Source of the DNA: an uncultured Elusimicrobia bacterium
GTDB taxonomy: Bacteria; Elusimicrobiota; Elusimicrobia; 2-01-FULL-59-12
Direction: 5' to 3'
Assembly (NCBI GenBank): GCA_963702895.1
Contig: OY969767.1
Span: 352,001-416,000, forward strand
DNA: 64,000 nucleotides
Under the pieces are notes generated by a model. That model was not told the origin of the DNA, did not search any database, and worked only from the letters and a program-made list of their open reading frames with translations. Of the stretch, positions 41,693 through 54,997 are shown piece by piece. Numbering within the stretch: the stretch's first letter is position 1; every line of letters begins with the position of its first letter. Both the position numbers and the translations under genes were made by a program.

Positions 41693-42733
41693 ATGGTAGA
41701 TCGATGGGACGAGAATGAGCAGTCCAGTGCCTGGAAGGATGAGTTCCGGCGACAGTTCGGAGTCAAGTTCCCGGAATTTCCTAAACAGATCGTTCTAGGG
41801 ATTTTAGGGGGCCTTCTGGTGTTGGTCGGCGTCGTGTCCTCCGTCTACACCGTGGAGCCAGAACAGGAAGCCGTGATTCTGCGGTTCGGCCGTTACATCT
41901 CAACGGAGCCGCCGGGCCTTCACTTCAAACTCCCTTACGGCATCGATCGCGCGATCAAGGTGCGCACCAAAGTCATCCTGCAGGAAGAGTTCGGGTTCCG
42001 AACCAAAGGCACCGAGGGCAATCGCAGCACCTACGATGAGAATTTTCGCCAGGAATCGATGACCCTCACCGGCGATCTCAACGTGGCCGATGTGGAGTGG
42101 ATCCTGCAGTATCAAATTTCTGATCCCAACAAGTATCTCTTTCAGGCCAGGAACGTTCTCACCAATATCCGGGATATATCCCAATCCATTATGCGGCGGG
42201 TCGTGGGCGACCGGCTGGTCAGCGACGTTCTCACGGTCGGCCGGGTGGAGATCACCGAAGAGGCGCAGCGCCTCACGCAGGAAGTTCTCGATCGCTACAA
42301 CATGGGTATTCGAATCGTCACGATCAAACTACAGGACGTCAACCCGCCGGAACCGGTCAAACCCGCGTTTAACGATGTGAACCGCGCCAAACAGGAGCAG
42401 GAACAAGCCATCAATCAGGCGGAAGAACAATACAACAAGATCATGCCGGAGGCCGAAGGGAAGGCGGAGCAGACCATTCAGGACGCCGAAGGATATGCGA
42501 CCTCCTTAATCAATCGTGCGCGAGGTGATGCGGGGCGGTTTACGGCAATGCTCCAAACCTACCGCAACGCGCCTCAGGCGACCCGCACGCGACTTTATTT
42601 GGAAGCGATGGAAGAGCTTTACGGTCGATTTAAGGACTTAACGCTGGTCGATCCCAGCATCAAGGGCGTGTTGCCCCTTTTTGGAGCTCTCGCCCCAACG
42701 AAGGAACCGGCCGTCCCGGGAGGCCACCCATGA
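41693..42733 (+). CDS. hflK: FtsH modulator HflK
   Basis: SPFH domain: VILRFG, PGLHFKLP, LTGDLN, PPEPVKPAFNDV. Confidence 0.92.
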   Translation: MVDRWDENEQSSAWKDEFRRQFGVKFPEFPKQIVLGILGGLLVLVGVVSSVYTVEPEQEAVILRFGRYISTEPPGLHFKLPYGIDRAIKVRTKVILQEEFGFRTKGTEGNRSTYDENFRQESMTLTGDLNVADVEWILQYQISDPNKYLFQARNVLTNIRDISQSIMRRVVGDRLVSDVLTVGRVEITEEAQRLTQEVLDRYNMGIRIVTIKLQDVNPPEPVKPAFNDVNRAKQEQEQAINQAEEQYNKIMPEAEGKAEQTIQDAEGYATSLINRARGDAGRFTAMLQTYRNAPQATRTRLYLEAMEELYGRFKDLTLVDPSIKGVLPLFGALAPTKEPAVPGGHP

Positions 42734-43698
42734 ATCCCCGGATACCGGCAGGTATTTTTCTGTTTGCGGCCTGCGTGATTGTCTTATTCGCCTCGGTCTA
42801 CAGCCTGCCGGAGTGGGAGCAAGCGATTGTTACGCAATTCGGGCGGCCCGTAGGAAGCGCCGTGACGGAAGCGGGGCTTCACCTCAAAGCGCCTTTTGTC
42901 CAGCGCGTCCGCCGCATCGACAAGCGGATCCTCAACTGGGACGGTTACCCCAACCAGATTCCAACCAAAGACAAGAAATACATCGAGGTCGACACCACGG
43001 CCCGGTGGCGCATCGTCGACCCTCTGCTTTTTATTCAAACGGTGCAGACCGAAGAGGGGGCGCGCCGGCGATTGGATGGGATTTTGGACGCCATTACCCG
43101 GGACACCATTTCCAATCACAATCTGGTCGAAGCGGTTCGAAACACCAATGGAATCCTCGATTTGATCAAGGTGCGCTCGGAAAAATTCAAGCAGGGGACG
43201 GTCGCGCCGGGAGACGAAGAGGAAATCACCGGTGAAATCGAGCCGGTCTATGTCGGCCGCGAGGCCTTAAGCGCCATTATCATCAAGCGGGCAGCCGTGG
43301 AGCTGAAGCAATTCGGTATCGAGCTCATTGACGTCCAGCTGCGCCGCATCGCCTACGAGAAAAGCGTGGAGGCCAAAGTTTACGACCGAATGACCTCCGA
43401 GCGCCAGCGTATCGCCCAGCGCATCCGCTCCGTCGGGCAGGGCGAGCGCGCCAAAATCCAGGGAAAGACGAACCGGGATCTCCTGAAAATCCAATCCGAA
43501 GCGTACCGCAAGGCCCAGGCCATTAAAGGCGCGGCCGACGCCGAGGCGATCGCGATCTACGCACGTGCCGTGTCCGGCGACCCGCAGTTCTACGAATTTA
43601 TCCGCACCCTCGAAGCGTACAAAAAGGCGATCCCTGCCGATACTCGGATGATTCTTTCCACGGACAACAAATTCCTCGATCTCCTACGACAAAAATAG
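42730..43698 (+). CDS. hflC: FtsH modulator HflC
   Basis: QAIVTQFG, GLHLKAPF, TKDKK, DPQFYEFIRTLEAY. Confidence 0.93.
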   Translation: MNPRIPAGIFLFAACVIVLFASVYSLPEWEQAIVTQFGRPVGSAVTEAGLHLKAPFVQRVRRIDKRILNWDGYPNQIPTKDKKYIEVDTTARWRIVDPLLFIQTVQTEEGARRRLDGILDAITRDTISNHNLVEAVRNTNGILDLIKVRSEKFKQGTVAPGDEEEITGEIEPVYVGREALSAIIIKRAAVELKQFGIELIDVQLRRIAYEKSVEAKVYDRMTSERQRIAQRIRSVGQGERAKIQGKTNRDLLKIQSEAYRKAQAIKGAADAEAIAIYARAVSGDPQFYEFIRTLEAYKKAIPADTRMILSTDNKFLDLLRQK

Positions 43699-44108
43699 CG
43701 TCCTGGATACAGCCACCGTATCCCCTGGATATCCTCGGATGGCGTGTAGGCGATGGCCATGGGCAAAACGTTTCGCCATTCGGGCGAACCGTACCGACGG
43801 TCGGATTAGTGATCGGTTAAAGGCGCAGAAGTCCTAGATTCAGCAGAAAAAACAGGAATTTCAAACCGGGCATAGAAGTCCGCACCGGAGACTCGGGCTT
43901 CTGCCAGTAATTCCCAGTACACATAGGCCCAAGAACCTCCTACCAGTGCGGCGATATCTGGTCTAAATGGGGATGCCTGGGGGACATCGCTGATTTTCTG
44001 TCATTCTCGGCGCGCCCCGGGGGAGAAAAGCAGAATGGCAGGAACGTCCCGTCGGTCGTCCACATTTACTGTTCTCCGCCGAACTTGATCTGGATCAGAT
44101 TGCATTGA

Positions 44109-46489
<2,381 letters not shown>

Positions 46490-46708
46490 GGCCGGCAAGT
46501 CATCGAGTTACCAATGGGGCCTACCAATAGTGCCAGTGTTCGCATTTGACATCTGAAGTGAAGCGATACCTAGGGCTCGGGACTGACTGTCCGATCAGCT
46601 CCAGCAGATCAAGGACCGGCTCTGGCCGATGTCGGAAGAGCGTTTACAGTATTAGGGAACATCAGGCCGTCCCCTAAATTCCCGGAATTCTGCCTTCGTT
46701 ATACGATC

Positions 46709-49287
46709 TCAGGATGGCCGGGACTGAAGCAGAGCGGCCGGTTTTTCGCGCAGTGACTTTTCGACCGCGAGCGCGGCCAGAAGCGCGCTAAGGAACGTCA
46801 CCGCGAGGGTCAGCGCCACGGGGGTCTGCCAGGAAAAGACCCAGAGCCGCTCAAAGAGAAGCGCCGAAAGCGCGTAGCTCATTCCAAGGCTTAAGACGGC
46901 CCCGGCCGCCGCGGCGAGAAATCCCAGGCCGGCGAATTCCCAAAGGAAGATCCGCCGGATGAGCGGAAACGGCGCCCCGAACACTTTGAGCAGATGGATA
47001 TCGGCCCGGCGCACCGAGGCCTGGTGACTGGCGATCGAAAACAAAACGATAAAACCCGCAAAAAGAGCCAGCGCCGCCATCGCGCGGATGGCCCAGCCCA
47101 TCTGATTGAAGATCGCGAGAGCCGTTCGACAACCAGGCTGACATCGATGGTCGAGACGTTCGGGAAACGTTCAACGAGCCCGTCCTGCAGACGGATCTTG
47201 GTTCGCGTGTCGGTTCTGCCGATCGAAGCCAGCCAGGTCGCGGGCGCCTCCTCGAGAGCGCCGGGCGCGAACTGAACGAAGAAATTCGGCTGGAAGCTGG
47301 TCCAGCGGACCGACCGGAAATTCACGATCCGTCCCTGGATTTCGACCCCTTGCACATCAAAGCTCATGATGTCGCCGATCCTCAACCCCAGCCGCTTCGC
47401 GAATCGTTTCTCTACGGAAATCTCAGGAAGAGGGTCGTCCCCTGGCCCCGTCGCCCGCTCCTTGCGTTGCGAAAAATCTCGCCCCTCCACGATTTGTTCT
47501 GACTCTATGAGGGCCGCGCGCCAGGTCAGATTCATGCCGCGGTTACGAAAGCGGGTCTGGGTTTCTTCTTCCCGAGTCCGGAAGCCGCCCGTCTCTCGCT
47601 CTTTTACGAAGGGGCTGCCGTTCACCGCGCTCAGCCGCGCGCGGATGAGAGGCGACAGCGACTGAAGCGTCTGTCCTTGCCCCGCGAGATAGCGCTTGAG
47701 CGATTCGACCTGCTCAGGCTGGATGTCAAAGACGAAGAGGCTCGGAACCTCCGAGACATCCGGAGCCTCAACCTCCAGCTGAAGGCTCTTCTGGACTTGA
47801 GGGATGATGTTGAGCAGCGCCGTGCCCAGACCGATCGCGAGAAACCCAGCGAGCGTGCTCACACGGCTTCGCGAAAGATGCCGAAGCGCTAGCCGCAGCG
47901 TCACATGTCGTTCGACCGGGGAATGTTCGAGCGCCGACATGAGCGCCCCGCCCAGGCCCGCCAGGATCACCGCGGATCCCAGGAAAAGCCCCACAAAGGC
48001 TGAACCAGTAATCCACGATTTCGCCTGCCAGACGGCTAGCGCCCAGAATAAGAGCACGCCTGGCCCCGCGAGCAGTCCTGAACGAGCCGTCCATTCGATC
48101 TGAGGCGACGCGTCTTCCTGAAAGAGCGCCGAAGGCTTCAGTGTCCCTAGCCGCCAGAGGAAGGGCAGGCAAACCAGGAGTCCGGCCGACCCTCCCAGCA
48201 GAAGGGCGAGTGTCAGGCGAAACAGTGAAAAGGATACCTCGATCGGATACGCCACGAACGCGCCTAGCGAAGAAATCGCCACAGGCAGGAGCAGGACGAC
48301 GAGGAGTCCGGAGAGACCGGCAGCCGCAGCGCCCAGAAGCGCCAACTGGATCGCGTAGACCTGTCGCGCGCGCCGCGGGCTCAGGCCAAGGCTGATCAGG
48401 ATCGCGATGTCCCGCACGCGGCGCGCAAGCGAAGTCCGAAAGAGATACGCCGCCCCGATCGAGGAAAGAAAAAGGCTCGCGAGCGCCGCCAGGCCGAGGT
48501 AGTCGTTTAAAAAGCCCTGAAGCCGACCGACCATGCGCGAGGCGTTGGTATGGGGGCGGACGCGCACACCGGGATCGGGTAGCTGGCGGCTAAGTGAGGC
48601 GGCTAGCGCGTCGACATCCAACCCTTCGGGCAGGCGGTACGCGCGCTCATGGGTCGCCGTGCTCCCGCGCTGGAGTAGCCCTGACTCAAGCAGATCAGAC
48701 AGCGGTATGTACGCCCGCCAGGCGAGCGAGAAGCCCTGCGCGCCCAGAGCGCCGTCCGATTCGATGACATCGCGCACCGTGAGTTCTAGGGTGCCCAGTT
48801 TCAGGCGGTCGCCGGAAGCGGAGCGCAAGGCCGCGGCCAGTTCTTTCTGAACCCAGATGGAGCGTTTGGGAAGTGCCGGTCCGCCGCGAAGCCGATCCCC
48901 ACCGGCCAGCCGGATTTCACCATAAAATGGAAAGCCATCGCCGATCGCCGTGATTTCCACGAGGCGCGATCCCGCGGGGGAAGCGAGCATCGAATAGAGT
49001 TCAATGACATCCGCACCGGAGGCGTCAGGAAGCGCGTCCTTCAGGGCCGCGCGTTCGGATGGGGTGAACGGTCGGCGCGCGGACACCGTCAAATCAGCGC
49101 CCAGGATCTGGCGGGAACGCGCGGCAAGCGTGGCCTCGACCGACTGCTTGAAGGCGTCCAATGCGAGAAAGCCGAAAAATCCGAGGGCGAGGTTCAGGAT
49201 GAAGAAAAGGCTGAAACGCCGGTGGTTGATCAGTTCCCGGACCGCGAGGCGCGTGGTCAGGCTTTTACTCGGGTCGCAGCGATCCAT
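46709..49287 (-). pseudogene. FtsX/YbbP-like ABC permease, frameshifted near 47115
   Basis: GADL, FPFYG, DIQP, RSVRWTSFQPNF; C-terminal TMs in a second frame (46709-47101). Confidence 0.85.
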
Positions 49288-49933
49288 TTTCCAATACCAG
49301 GCGTCGCCCGCAGCGGCGCGCGAGATCGGGGTTGTGCGTGACCAGGATCATCGTCATGCGCCGCTGACTGACCAGGTCAAAGAGCAGCCCCATGACATGG
49401 TCCCCGGTTTTTAAGTCGAGGTTCCCGCTCGGTTCATCGGCCAGGAGCAGCCGGGGTCGCGGCGCCAAGGCGCGCGCGATGGCGGCCCTCTGTTTCTCGC
49501 CGCCCGAGAGCTGGTGAGGAAAATGCGACGCCCGCCCGGCCAAACCGACCGCCTCCAACGCCTCGGCGGCGCGGGTCCCCGCGTCCGGCACTCCCAGGAT
49601 TTCCATCGGCAGGGCGATGTTTTGTTTCGCGGTTAAATGGGTCATGAGATGAAACTGTTGGAACACAATCGCCAGTGTCCGGGCGCGGAAAGCGGTAAGG
49701 TTCTCTTCTTCCATCGCCGCCACATCCTGGCCGTCCACCCAGATACGGCCTGCGTCCGGCTGATCGAGGCCGGCCAGAAGCGAGAGCAACGTGGATTTTC
49801 CGCTGCCGGATTGCCCCAGGATCGCGAGCGTCTCGCCTTCCTCTAGGGCAAGCGAGAGGTTGTCCAGAACCCGGATGTCCGTCCCGGCCTGACGATAGGT
49901 ACGGCAAAGACCCTCAACGGTGATCAGGCTCAT
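49265..49933 (-). CDS. ABC ATPase (YbbA-like)
   Basis: [27 protein letters not shown]. Confidence 0.92.
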   Translation of the reverse strand: MSLITVEGLCRTYRQAGTDIRVLDNLSLALEEGETLAILGQSGSGKSTLLSLLAGLDQPDAGRIWVDGQDVAAMEEENLTAFRARTLAIVFQQFHLMTHLTAKQNIALPMEILGVPDAGTRAAEALEAVGLAGRASHFPHQLSGGEKQRAAIARALAPRPRLLLADEPSGNLDLKTGDHVMGLLFDLVSQRRMTMILVTHNPDLARRCGRRLVLENGSLRPE

Positions 49934-50532
49934 AAGAGCGGAAGCAGGTGCGGCAGAATCGTTTCAGCCATGCGGCGATGCCCGGCGGGATTCGGATGGA
50001 TGCCGTCGGCGAGGTTCATCGCCGGATCACCGGCCACGCCTGCCAACAGGAAGGGCACTCGCGGCACCTGGTGCTGCCGGGCGAGTGCAGGAAAGATTGC
50101 CTCAAATTGCCGCGGGTAGCGAAGCCCGTAATTGGGCGGCATTTTCATGCCAGCCAGGAGTACCTTCGCGCCGTTTTCCCTGGCGAGCGCGATCGTTTCC
50201 GACAAATTCTTTTGCGTTTCCGCGGGACTTACGCCGCGCAGGCCGTCGTTGGCCCCGAGCGCGAGGATGACGATTCGTGGGCGGGATTTTAAGTGCCAGC
50301 GAAGACGCGAGACAGCGCTGGCACTGGTGGAACCGGAGACGCCGGCGTTCACCAGGCGGACCGCCTGGCCTTGTTCACGAAGCCGCGTTTCCAGCACGGC
50401 CGGCCAGGCCTCTTCCGCCGCGATCCCGTAGCCTTCTGTCAAGGAATCTCCCAGGCATAGGATCACGGTCTCCGCAGACGAAGCGCTCGCCAGCCCCAAC
50501 AGGATGCCCGCGATCATGAGTGTTTTGGACAT
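49930..50532 (-). CDS. tesA: SGNH arylesterase/thioesterase I
   Basis: GDSLTEGYG, NAGVSG, GANDGLRG, DGIHP. Confidence 0.9.
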   Translation of the reverse strand: MSKTLMIAGILLGLASASSAETVILCLGDSLTEGYGIAAEEAWPAVLETRLREQGQAVRLVNAGVSGSTSASAVSRLRWHLKSRPRIVILALGANDGLRGVSPAETQKNLSETIALARENGAKVLLAGMKMPPNYGLRYPRQFEAIFPALARQHQVPRVPFLLAGVAGDPAMNLADGIHPNPAGHRRMAETILPHLLPLL

Positions 50533-50685
50533 ATCCCTTTCATCATAGCGCAGCGGGGAGCGGAAGGCTAAATGAAGTTTATCGGCTTAAGGGGCCCGAG
50601 CTCACGAGCTCAGGAGACGGATTCCTGCCGTTCTTTCATTTCCCTATTCCTCTGGTGTATGCCGCTCGGCTTGGGCGAGTGAGTC

Positions 50686-50895
50686 GAAAGGGGTCAGTGT
50701 TCTCATGACACATTTGGTGACGAGGAATGAATAAGAAGACGATTCCTGCATCTAAGGGTTTGGGAGGCGTCTCATGCCACGCGCGCCGATGAGAAAGCGC
50801 AAAACTGCGCCGAAACGAAAGAGCTGCTGAAGGCCTTGCCGCTGGCGAATGAACCGCTCGATTCAAATATGAAATGAGAACACTGACCCTTTTTC
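50686..50895 (+). mobile_element. internally deleted RAYT-type miniature element, copy 2
   Basis: IR AAAGGGGTCAGTGTTCTCAT / ATGAGAACACTGACCCTTTT; ATGCCACGCGCGCCG at 50774. Confidence 0.75.
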
Positions 50896-50981
50896 CACAT
50901 GGCCCTTTTTCCATTTTTCGTCAGTTGTAAAAGTCGAGAAGGTTGATCTCTGGAGAAGGCGACGATTGAGGAAGGTTTGAA

Positions 50982-52007
50982 TCAGCCTTTTTCTTGGGCG
51001 TCCGGTATGCGGTAAACACCCGTCTTGTAGCCACCTTCGCGCACGACAAATCCGGCGCCTAGCAGGGGTTTGAGCAGGAAGTGTAAACCGCCTTTGGTGA
51101 CGTCTAGCTCCTTTTGAAGTTCGGCCGGCCGAAGCGGCCCTGCACGGAGGAGTCTCAGCAGTTTTTCCTGCCGCGGCGACAGTTGAACCTTCTCGCTGGA
51201 TTTTCCCCGCGGAAGATTTTCCATCCGTTTCCACGTTTGCTCAAGCGTGATCTCCACCATGTCCGCCATAAATTCGATCCAAGAAGATAAGTCCTGCTGA
51301 TTCTCTTTTTGGGTACGGTCCAGAGCTGCATAATAAAATTTGCGATGGTTCCAGAGTGTCTCATCGACTGCAAAGATATGCTGGCTGTCAAACTTTCGCC
51401 GGTAGAGCTCCCAGGCCGCCAGGATTCGCCCCGTACGACCATTCCCATCGCCAAAGGGGTGGATAAACTCAAACCGGAAATGAAGGACCGCTGAGCTGAC
51501 AACCGCCGGCCACTGGGCAGCTTCACTATTGAGCCAGTCCAGAAGTTCCTGCATGTAGTGCGGCACATCGGAAAAATGGGGAGCGATATGGCCCCCCACC
51601 TGAACGCCGTACGTTCGGTAAGCCCCAATGGGACCACGATCCAGCGCGCCGCCGGCTCCTAATAACGTATGAATCTTGAAGACATCGTCTTCATGGATGA
51701 ACTTCGCGTCGCCGTGACTTTGGATGAATTTCATTGCCGCCGCCGCATTTCGTATCTCCTGGAGAGAACGTCTTGTAGCGGAAGGGACATCTTTCCCCTC
51801 CAGGACCGTCCGTGCTTCTTCCAGCGTCAAAGGATTCCCTTCGATCGCACTGGACCCATGGGCGGAACGCACCACTACGTCCTTTTGGATAAGCGGCAGT
51901 GCCGGAAGCTTTATAGCCGCGTTCTGGATGCGTACATGCAGCGCTTGGATCGTTTCCAAACGCCGAAGAATTTCAGAAGTGATCGTAAAGCCGGGTTTGT
52001 AGGGCAC
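50982..52007 (-). CDS. Fic-family protein with C-terminal HTH
   Basis: SSAIEGN; HPFGDGNGRTGR. Confidence 0.92.
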   Translation of the reverse strand: MPYKPGFTITSEILRRLETIQALHVRIQNAAIKLPALPLIQKDVVVRSAHGSSAIEGNPLTLEEARTVLEGKDVPSATRRSLQEIRNAAAAMKFIQSHGDAKFIHEDDVFKIHTLLGAGGALDRGPIGAYRTYGVQVGGHIAPHFSDVPHYMQELLDWLNSEAAQWPAVVSSAVLHFRFEFIHPFGDGNGRTGRILAAWELYRRKFDSQHIFAVDETLWNHRKFYYAALDRTQKENQQDLSSWIEFMADMVEITLEQTWKRMENLPRGKSSEKVQLSPRQEKLLRLLRAGPLRPAELQKELDVTKGGLHFLLKPLLGAGFVVREGGYKTGVYRIPDAQEKG

Positions 52008-52056
52008 GAGGAGAGTCTATCTGATCGTCAAGTATTCGTCAAGTGATTCGTCAAGT
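52008..52056 (-). promoter_or_regulatory. leaderless promoter with triple ACTTGACGA repeat
   Basis: TCGTCAAGT at 52025, 52036, 52048; TTGACG-17-TAGACT-6-GTG. Confidence 0.6.
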
Positions 52057-52166
52057 GTGAGCGATAGAGATGCGTTCTATCGCTCATTGGCAGTGATCGG
52101 ATTTGTGATCGGCTACTGTCTGGCCAAGGTGTCGCCAAGGTGAAGGTGTCTGTCGCCAAGGTGTCA

Positions 52167-52296
52167 GGAGACTGTGTCATAAGTCGTCACCCCGGTGAAA
52201 ACCGGGGTCCAGTGGCTGGAATTATGCATTAGGTTTTCTGGATTCCGGCTTTCGCCGGAATGACGGCATGATAGTCGACGTTATGACACAGTCTCC
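52167..52296. mobile_element. 130-bp MITE, 16-bp TIR, 5-bp TSD, carrying REP-like palindrome
   Basis: GGAGACTGTGTCATAA / TTATGACACAGTCTCC; TGTCA on both sides; internal CTGGATTCCGGCTTTCGCCGGAATGAC. Confidence 0.85.
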
Positions 52297-52429
52297 TGTC
52301 ACAAAGGGAGAACGTAGGCCATTTCCTGGGACAGGCTGGGCCCTCACGACAGATGTTCGCTCTGGGGGCCAGGCCCAGCCTGTCCCAGCAAGTCTGTTAT
52401 TTTTGAGATTTGTGACAGACAGCAGTCAC
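52297..52429. repeat. MITE-like repeat, copy 1
   Basis: TGTCACAAA..TTTGTGACA ends; CTGGGACAGGCTGGGCC hairpin; near-identical to 57161-57299. Confidence 0.85.
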
Positions 52430-52446
52430 CTTAATTGTTCCCAGAA

Positions 52447-53172
52447 CTACTCGTCCTCCGGCTTCTCCAGATAAATCCCCAGGTGCGCCACTTTCTTGGA
52501 CTCGGCGCCCTGTTCCGGAGTGAGCACCTGCTGGCCGCCGGGACTAAAGTCGCGCAGGTAATGGAAGTGTGACCATCCTGTTTTGGTTTCCATTTCGGCC
52601 ATCTGAGGTCCCAGAGTCGCCCAATTCTTCGTTTCCATGAAGAAATGAGTGTCTTTGGACTTGGGGTATTCGTTTCCTAACCACATTGTTGGCGATTGCC
52701 CCAAAAGCTTCTTGAGCGCTCGCGGGTGCAGGGCATTAAACGAATACTCTTTGCCCGATAGCACGCGGTTTAGATAGAAGAAAAAGAAAACAACCGATGT
52801 CGCCAAGAGGGCCATCAGCAACAGGCCAATCCCGCCGTAATTCTTGTTGTCGCCCTCCAGGACGAGAAGAATAATCATGAGGATGAGCAACACCAGCGAC
52901 ACGCCGCCGGCGATCTTCGTGTTGCGCGGCGCATGGCGCTTGATCGCCGCGAAATGTTCATCGGCGCAAGGGTCGCATACGTCGGTGAAGACCGTGCGGT
53001 GATGTTTAATCTTCCAGCCTTGCACGGTATGTCGTTCCCCAAAGGGAAAGCCCACATGCAGCGCGAACTTGGACTTGTAATCGGTCACGACCAATTCTTC
53101 GATGGTCTTCTGATGGCAGGGTGTGTCGGGGATTTTTCCGCAGAGGGTGCAGGCGTTCTGATCCTGTGCCAT
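52447..53172 (-). CDS. hypothetical membrane protein with two CxxC pairs
   Basis: CTLC...CDPC then two TM helices. Confidence 0.6.
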   Translation of the reverse strand: MAQDQNACTLCGKIPDTPCHQKTIEELVVTDYKSKFALHVGFPFGERHTVQGWKIKHHRTVFTDVCDPCADEHFAAIKRHAPRNTKIAGGVSLVLLILMIILLVLEGDNKNYGGIGLLLMALLATSVVFFFFYLNRVLSGKEYSFNALHPRALKKLLGQSPTMWLGNEYPKSKDTHFFMETKNWATLGPQMAEMETKTGWSHFHYLRDFSPGGQQVLTPEQGAESKKVAHLGIYLEKPEDE

Positions 53173-53248
53173 GCAGAGAGGATGGCAAGAAGGCCGGCCT
53201 GCTGTCAAATGAGGTGACCAAAGTGCCCTCAAGATGCCTGGCACTCAT

Positions 53249-53322
53249 GGAGATGGGGACGGAGGTGCAAGATGGCGTCTTTCACATCGGTTCATGATGC
53301 ACTCTTGCACCGACGTCCCCTT
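53249..53322. repeat. intergenic inverted repeat
   Basis: GGGGACG..GGTGCAAGA ... TCTTGCACC..CGTCCCC. Confidence 0.55.
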
Positions 53323-53463
53323 CCATCGACGTCCCCTATCCCCTTCACTATCCGCTTCCATGTGGAAAAATCATCTGATCTCCAGGTCTTGCTCGCACAC
53401 GTTGTTGAAATCCTGGACCAGCCTCGCGGCACCTAGCATAAAGTACCCGTCTGTCGCAGCCGT

Positions 53464-54876
53464 CTACGCCTTGCTCTGTTGGGGTTTGTGCACGAATTGC
53501 AAGTTGTGGAGGATCTTCATGAAGGCTTGTTCGTGGGAGGCATTGACGTCGTTGCCGGACATGCGCAGCATCAACCAACAGACCTTGTCGGTGTCGCGGA
53601 CATAGGCGCTCAGCGTGCGCAGGCTTTGATTGAGATCATCTGCGAGAAACCCATAACCGTTGGCGAGCGTCAGCGGTTTCACGTTCCAGGAGCTGACGGT
53701 GTGGTCAATGGTTTCTCTTTTCTTCATGTCCGCCATGAGTTGCGTGTATAAAGCGTCATCGCTTTTTGGGAGAGTGTGATCCGGACAGATATTGATGGTG
53801 ACATCACTTTTGCTGATCTCCAGAATATAAGGTTTGCGTCTCCATTCCCTGGGGTATTCAAAAGTAACGCCCACATCGTTGAACTTATCGTAGGAGTTGT
53901 AGACCAGGTTCGGGTGCGTTTTGATGCCATAGAAGTATGCGGGTATCGAGCCCCCGATCAGCAGGAGACCAAGGGCTCCAGTCAGTCCGAAACGCCACAC
54001 CACCATCGATTTAAAAATAGTTGTTCGAAACAATTTCCAGAAGTCGTGATATCCACTTTCCGCCCAGATGATCACGGCCACCGAGACTCCGGCGATTACG
54101 CCAAAAAAGGCTGCGACGCCAAGCCATCCCCCGCGAGGTTCCATATCCAGCACGTTGGTCACGATGTAGAGAATTCCGGACAGATACAGAAGGTATGGAA
54201 AATAGAGCGTTTGCGTTCTCAGGCGCCGATCGCACGCCGCGAAAACAAGGGAAGCCCTTTCCGGATGTTGATCCAGAAAGGATTTGGCCCATGAAACAGG
54301 GATCGCGTCTTCGGGAGTTTCTCCTGCGCCGAGCGCCGTGCCACCCTGGCTTTTGGAGGCTTCGAGATGAACGGCATCGATGGCGTTGTTTTCAATGGCT
54401 TGCGTACGCTGGAATCGTCTTTGCATAAAAAACGCCCGCGCCAAATACATCAGGCACAGCGGCAAGGCCATCGCACCGACAAAACCAATGAGCATACCGC
54501 CGGCATCGATAAATCCGTGGAATGCCGCTCCCTGCGGCGTATAGACGAACCCTGCCGGGGGTCTTGACGGCCCGAGGGCCGCTGCGAATCGGCTGAAGAA
54601 ATAGCCCGCGACGCAGGCCGCTGCAAGCCCGGCCCATTGTTTCACTTGGTTCTTCAAATAAGCCGCCAGTCGTTCTTTTCGGCAGGACGCGCAAAGCGGA
54701 GCAGGCCAGAACTCGAAGCTCGATTCGCCAGACGGCAGGGGCCGGGCCACCCCAACAAACCGGGACGTTAGGTTTTTGTCCGACTGGCAGCCTAAGCAGT
54801 GATTGGAGACCGGGATTATTTTCAATGTATTCTCAATTCCGGGCGGCCCGCCAAGATTAACTGTGCCTGCCCTCAC
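53464..54876 (-). CDS. hypothetical multi-TM protein with two CxxC pairs
   Basis: CLGC...CASC, about 5 TMs, soluble C-terminal domain. Confidence 0.6.
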   Translation of the reverse strand: MRAGTVNLGGPPGIENTLKIIPVSNHCLGCQSDKNLTSRFVGVARPLPSGESSFEFWPAPLCASCRKERLAAYLKNQVKQWAGLAAACVAGYFFSRFAAALGPSRPPAGFVYTPQGAAFHGFIDAGGMLIGFVGAMALPLCLMYLARAFFMQRRFQRTQAIENNAIDAVHLEASKSQGGTALGAGETPEDAIPVSWAKSFLDQHPERASLVFAACDRRLRTQTLYFPYLLYLSGILYIVTNVLDMEPRGGWLGVAAFFGVIAGVSVAVIIWAESGYHDFWKLFRTTIFKSMVVWRFGLTGALGLLLIGGSIPAYFYGIKTHPNLVYNSYDKFNDVGVTFEYPREWRRKPYILEISKSDVTINICPDHTLPKSDDALYTQLMADMKKRETIDHTVSSWNVKPLTLANGYGFLADDLNQSLRTLSAYVRDTDKVCWLMLRMSGNDVNASHEQAFMKILHNLQFVHKPQQSKA

Positions 54877-54997
54877 CCGCGAGGATCGATGGAAAACATA
54901 ACACTAGATCTTTTCGTCGGAAATGTCTATCCCCGCACCTTGCTTTGCCTGTTCTCCATAGGATTTAATCTGGGTAGTCATGAAATGAGGGGGCATT

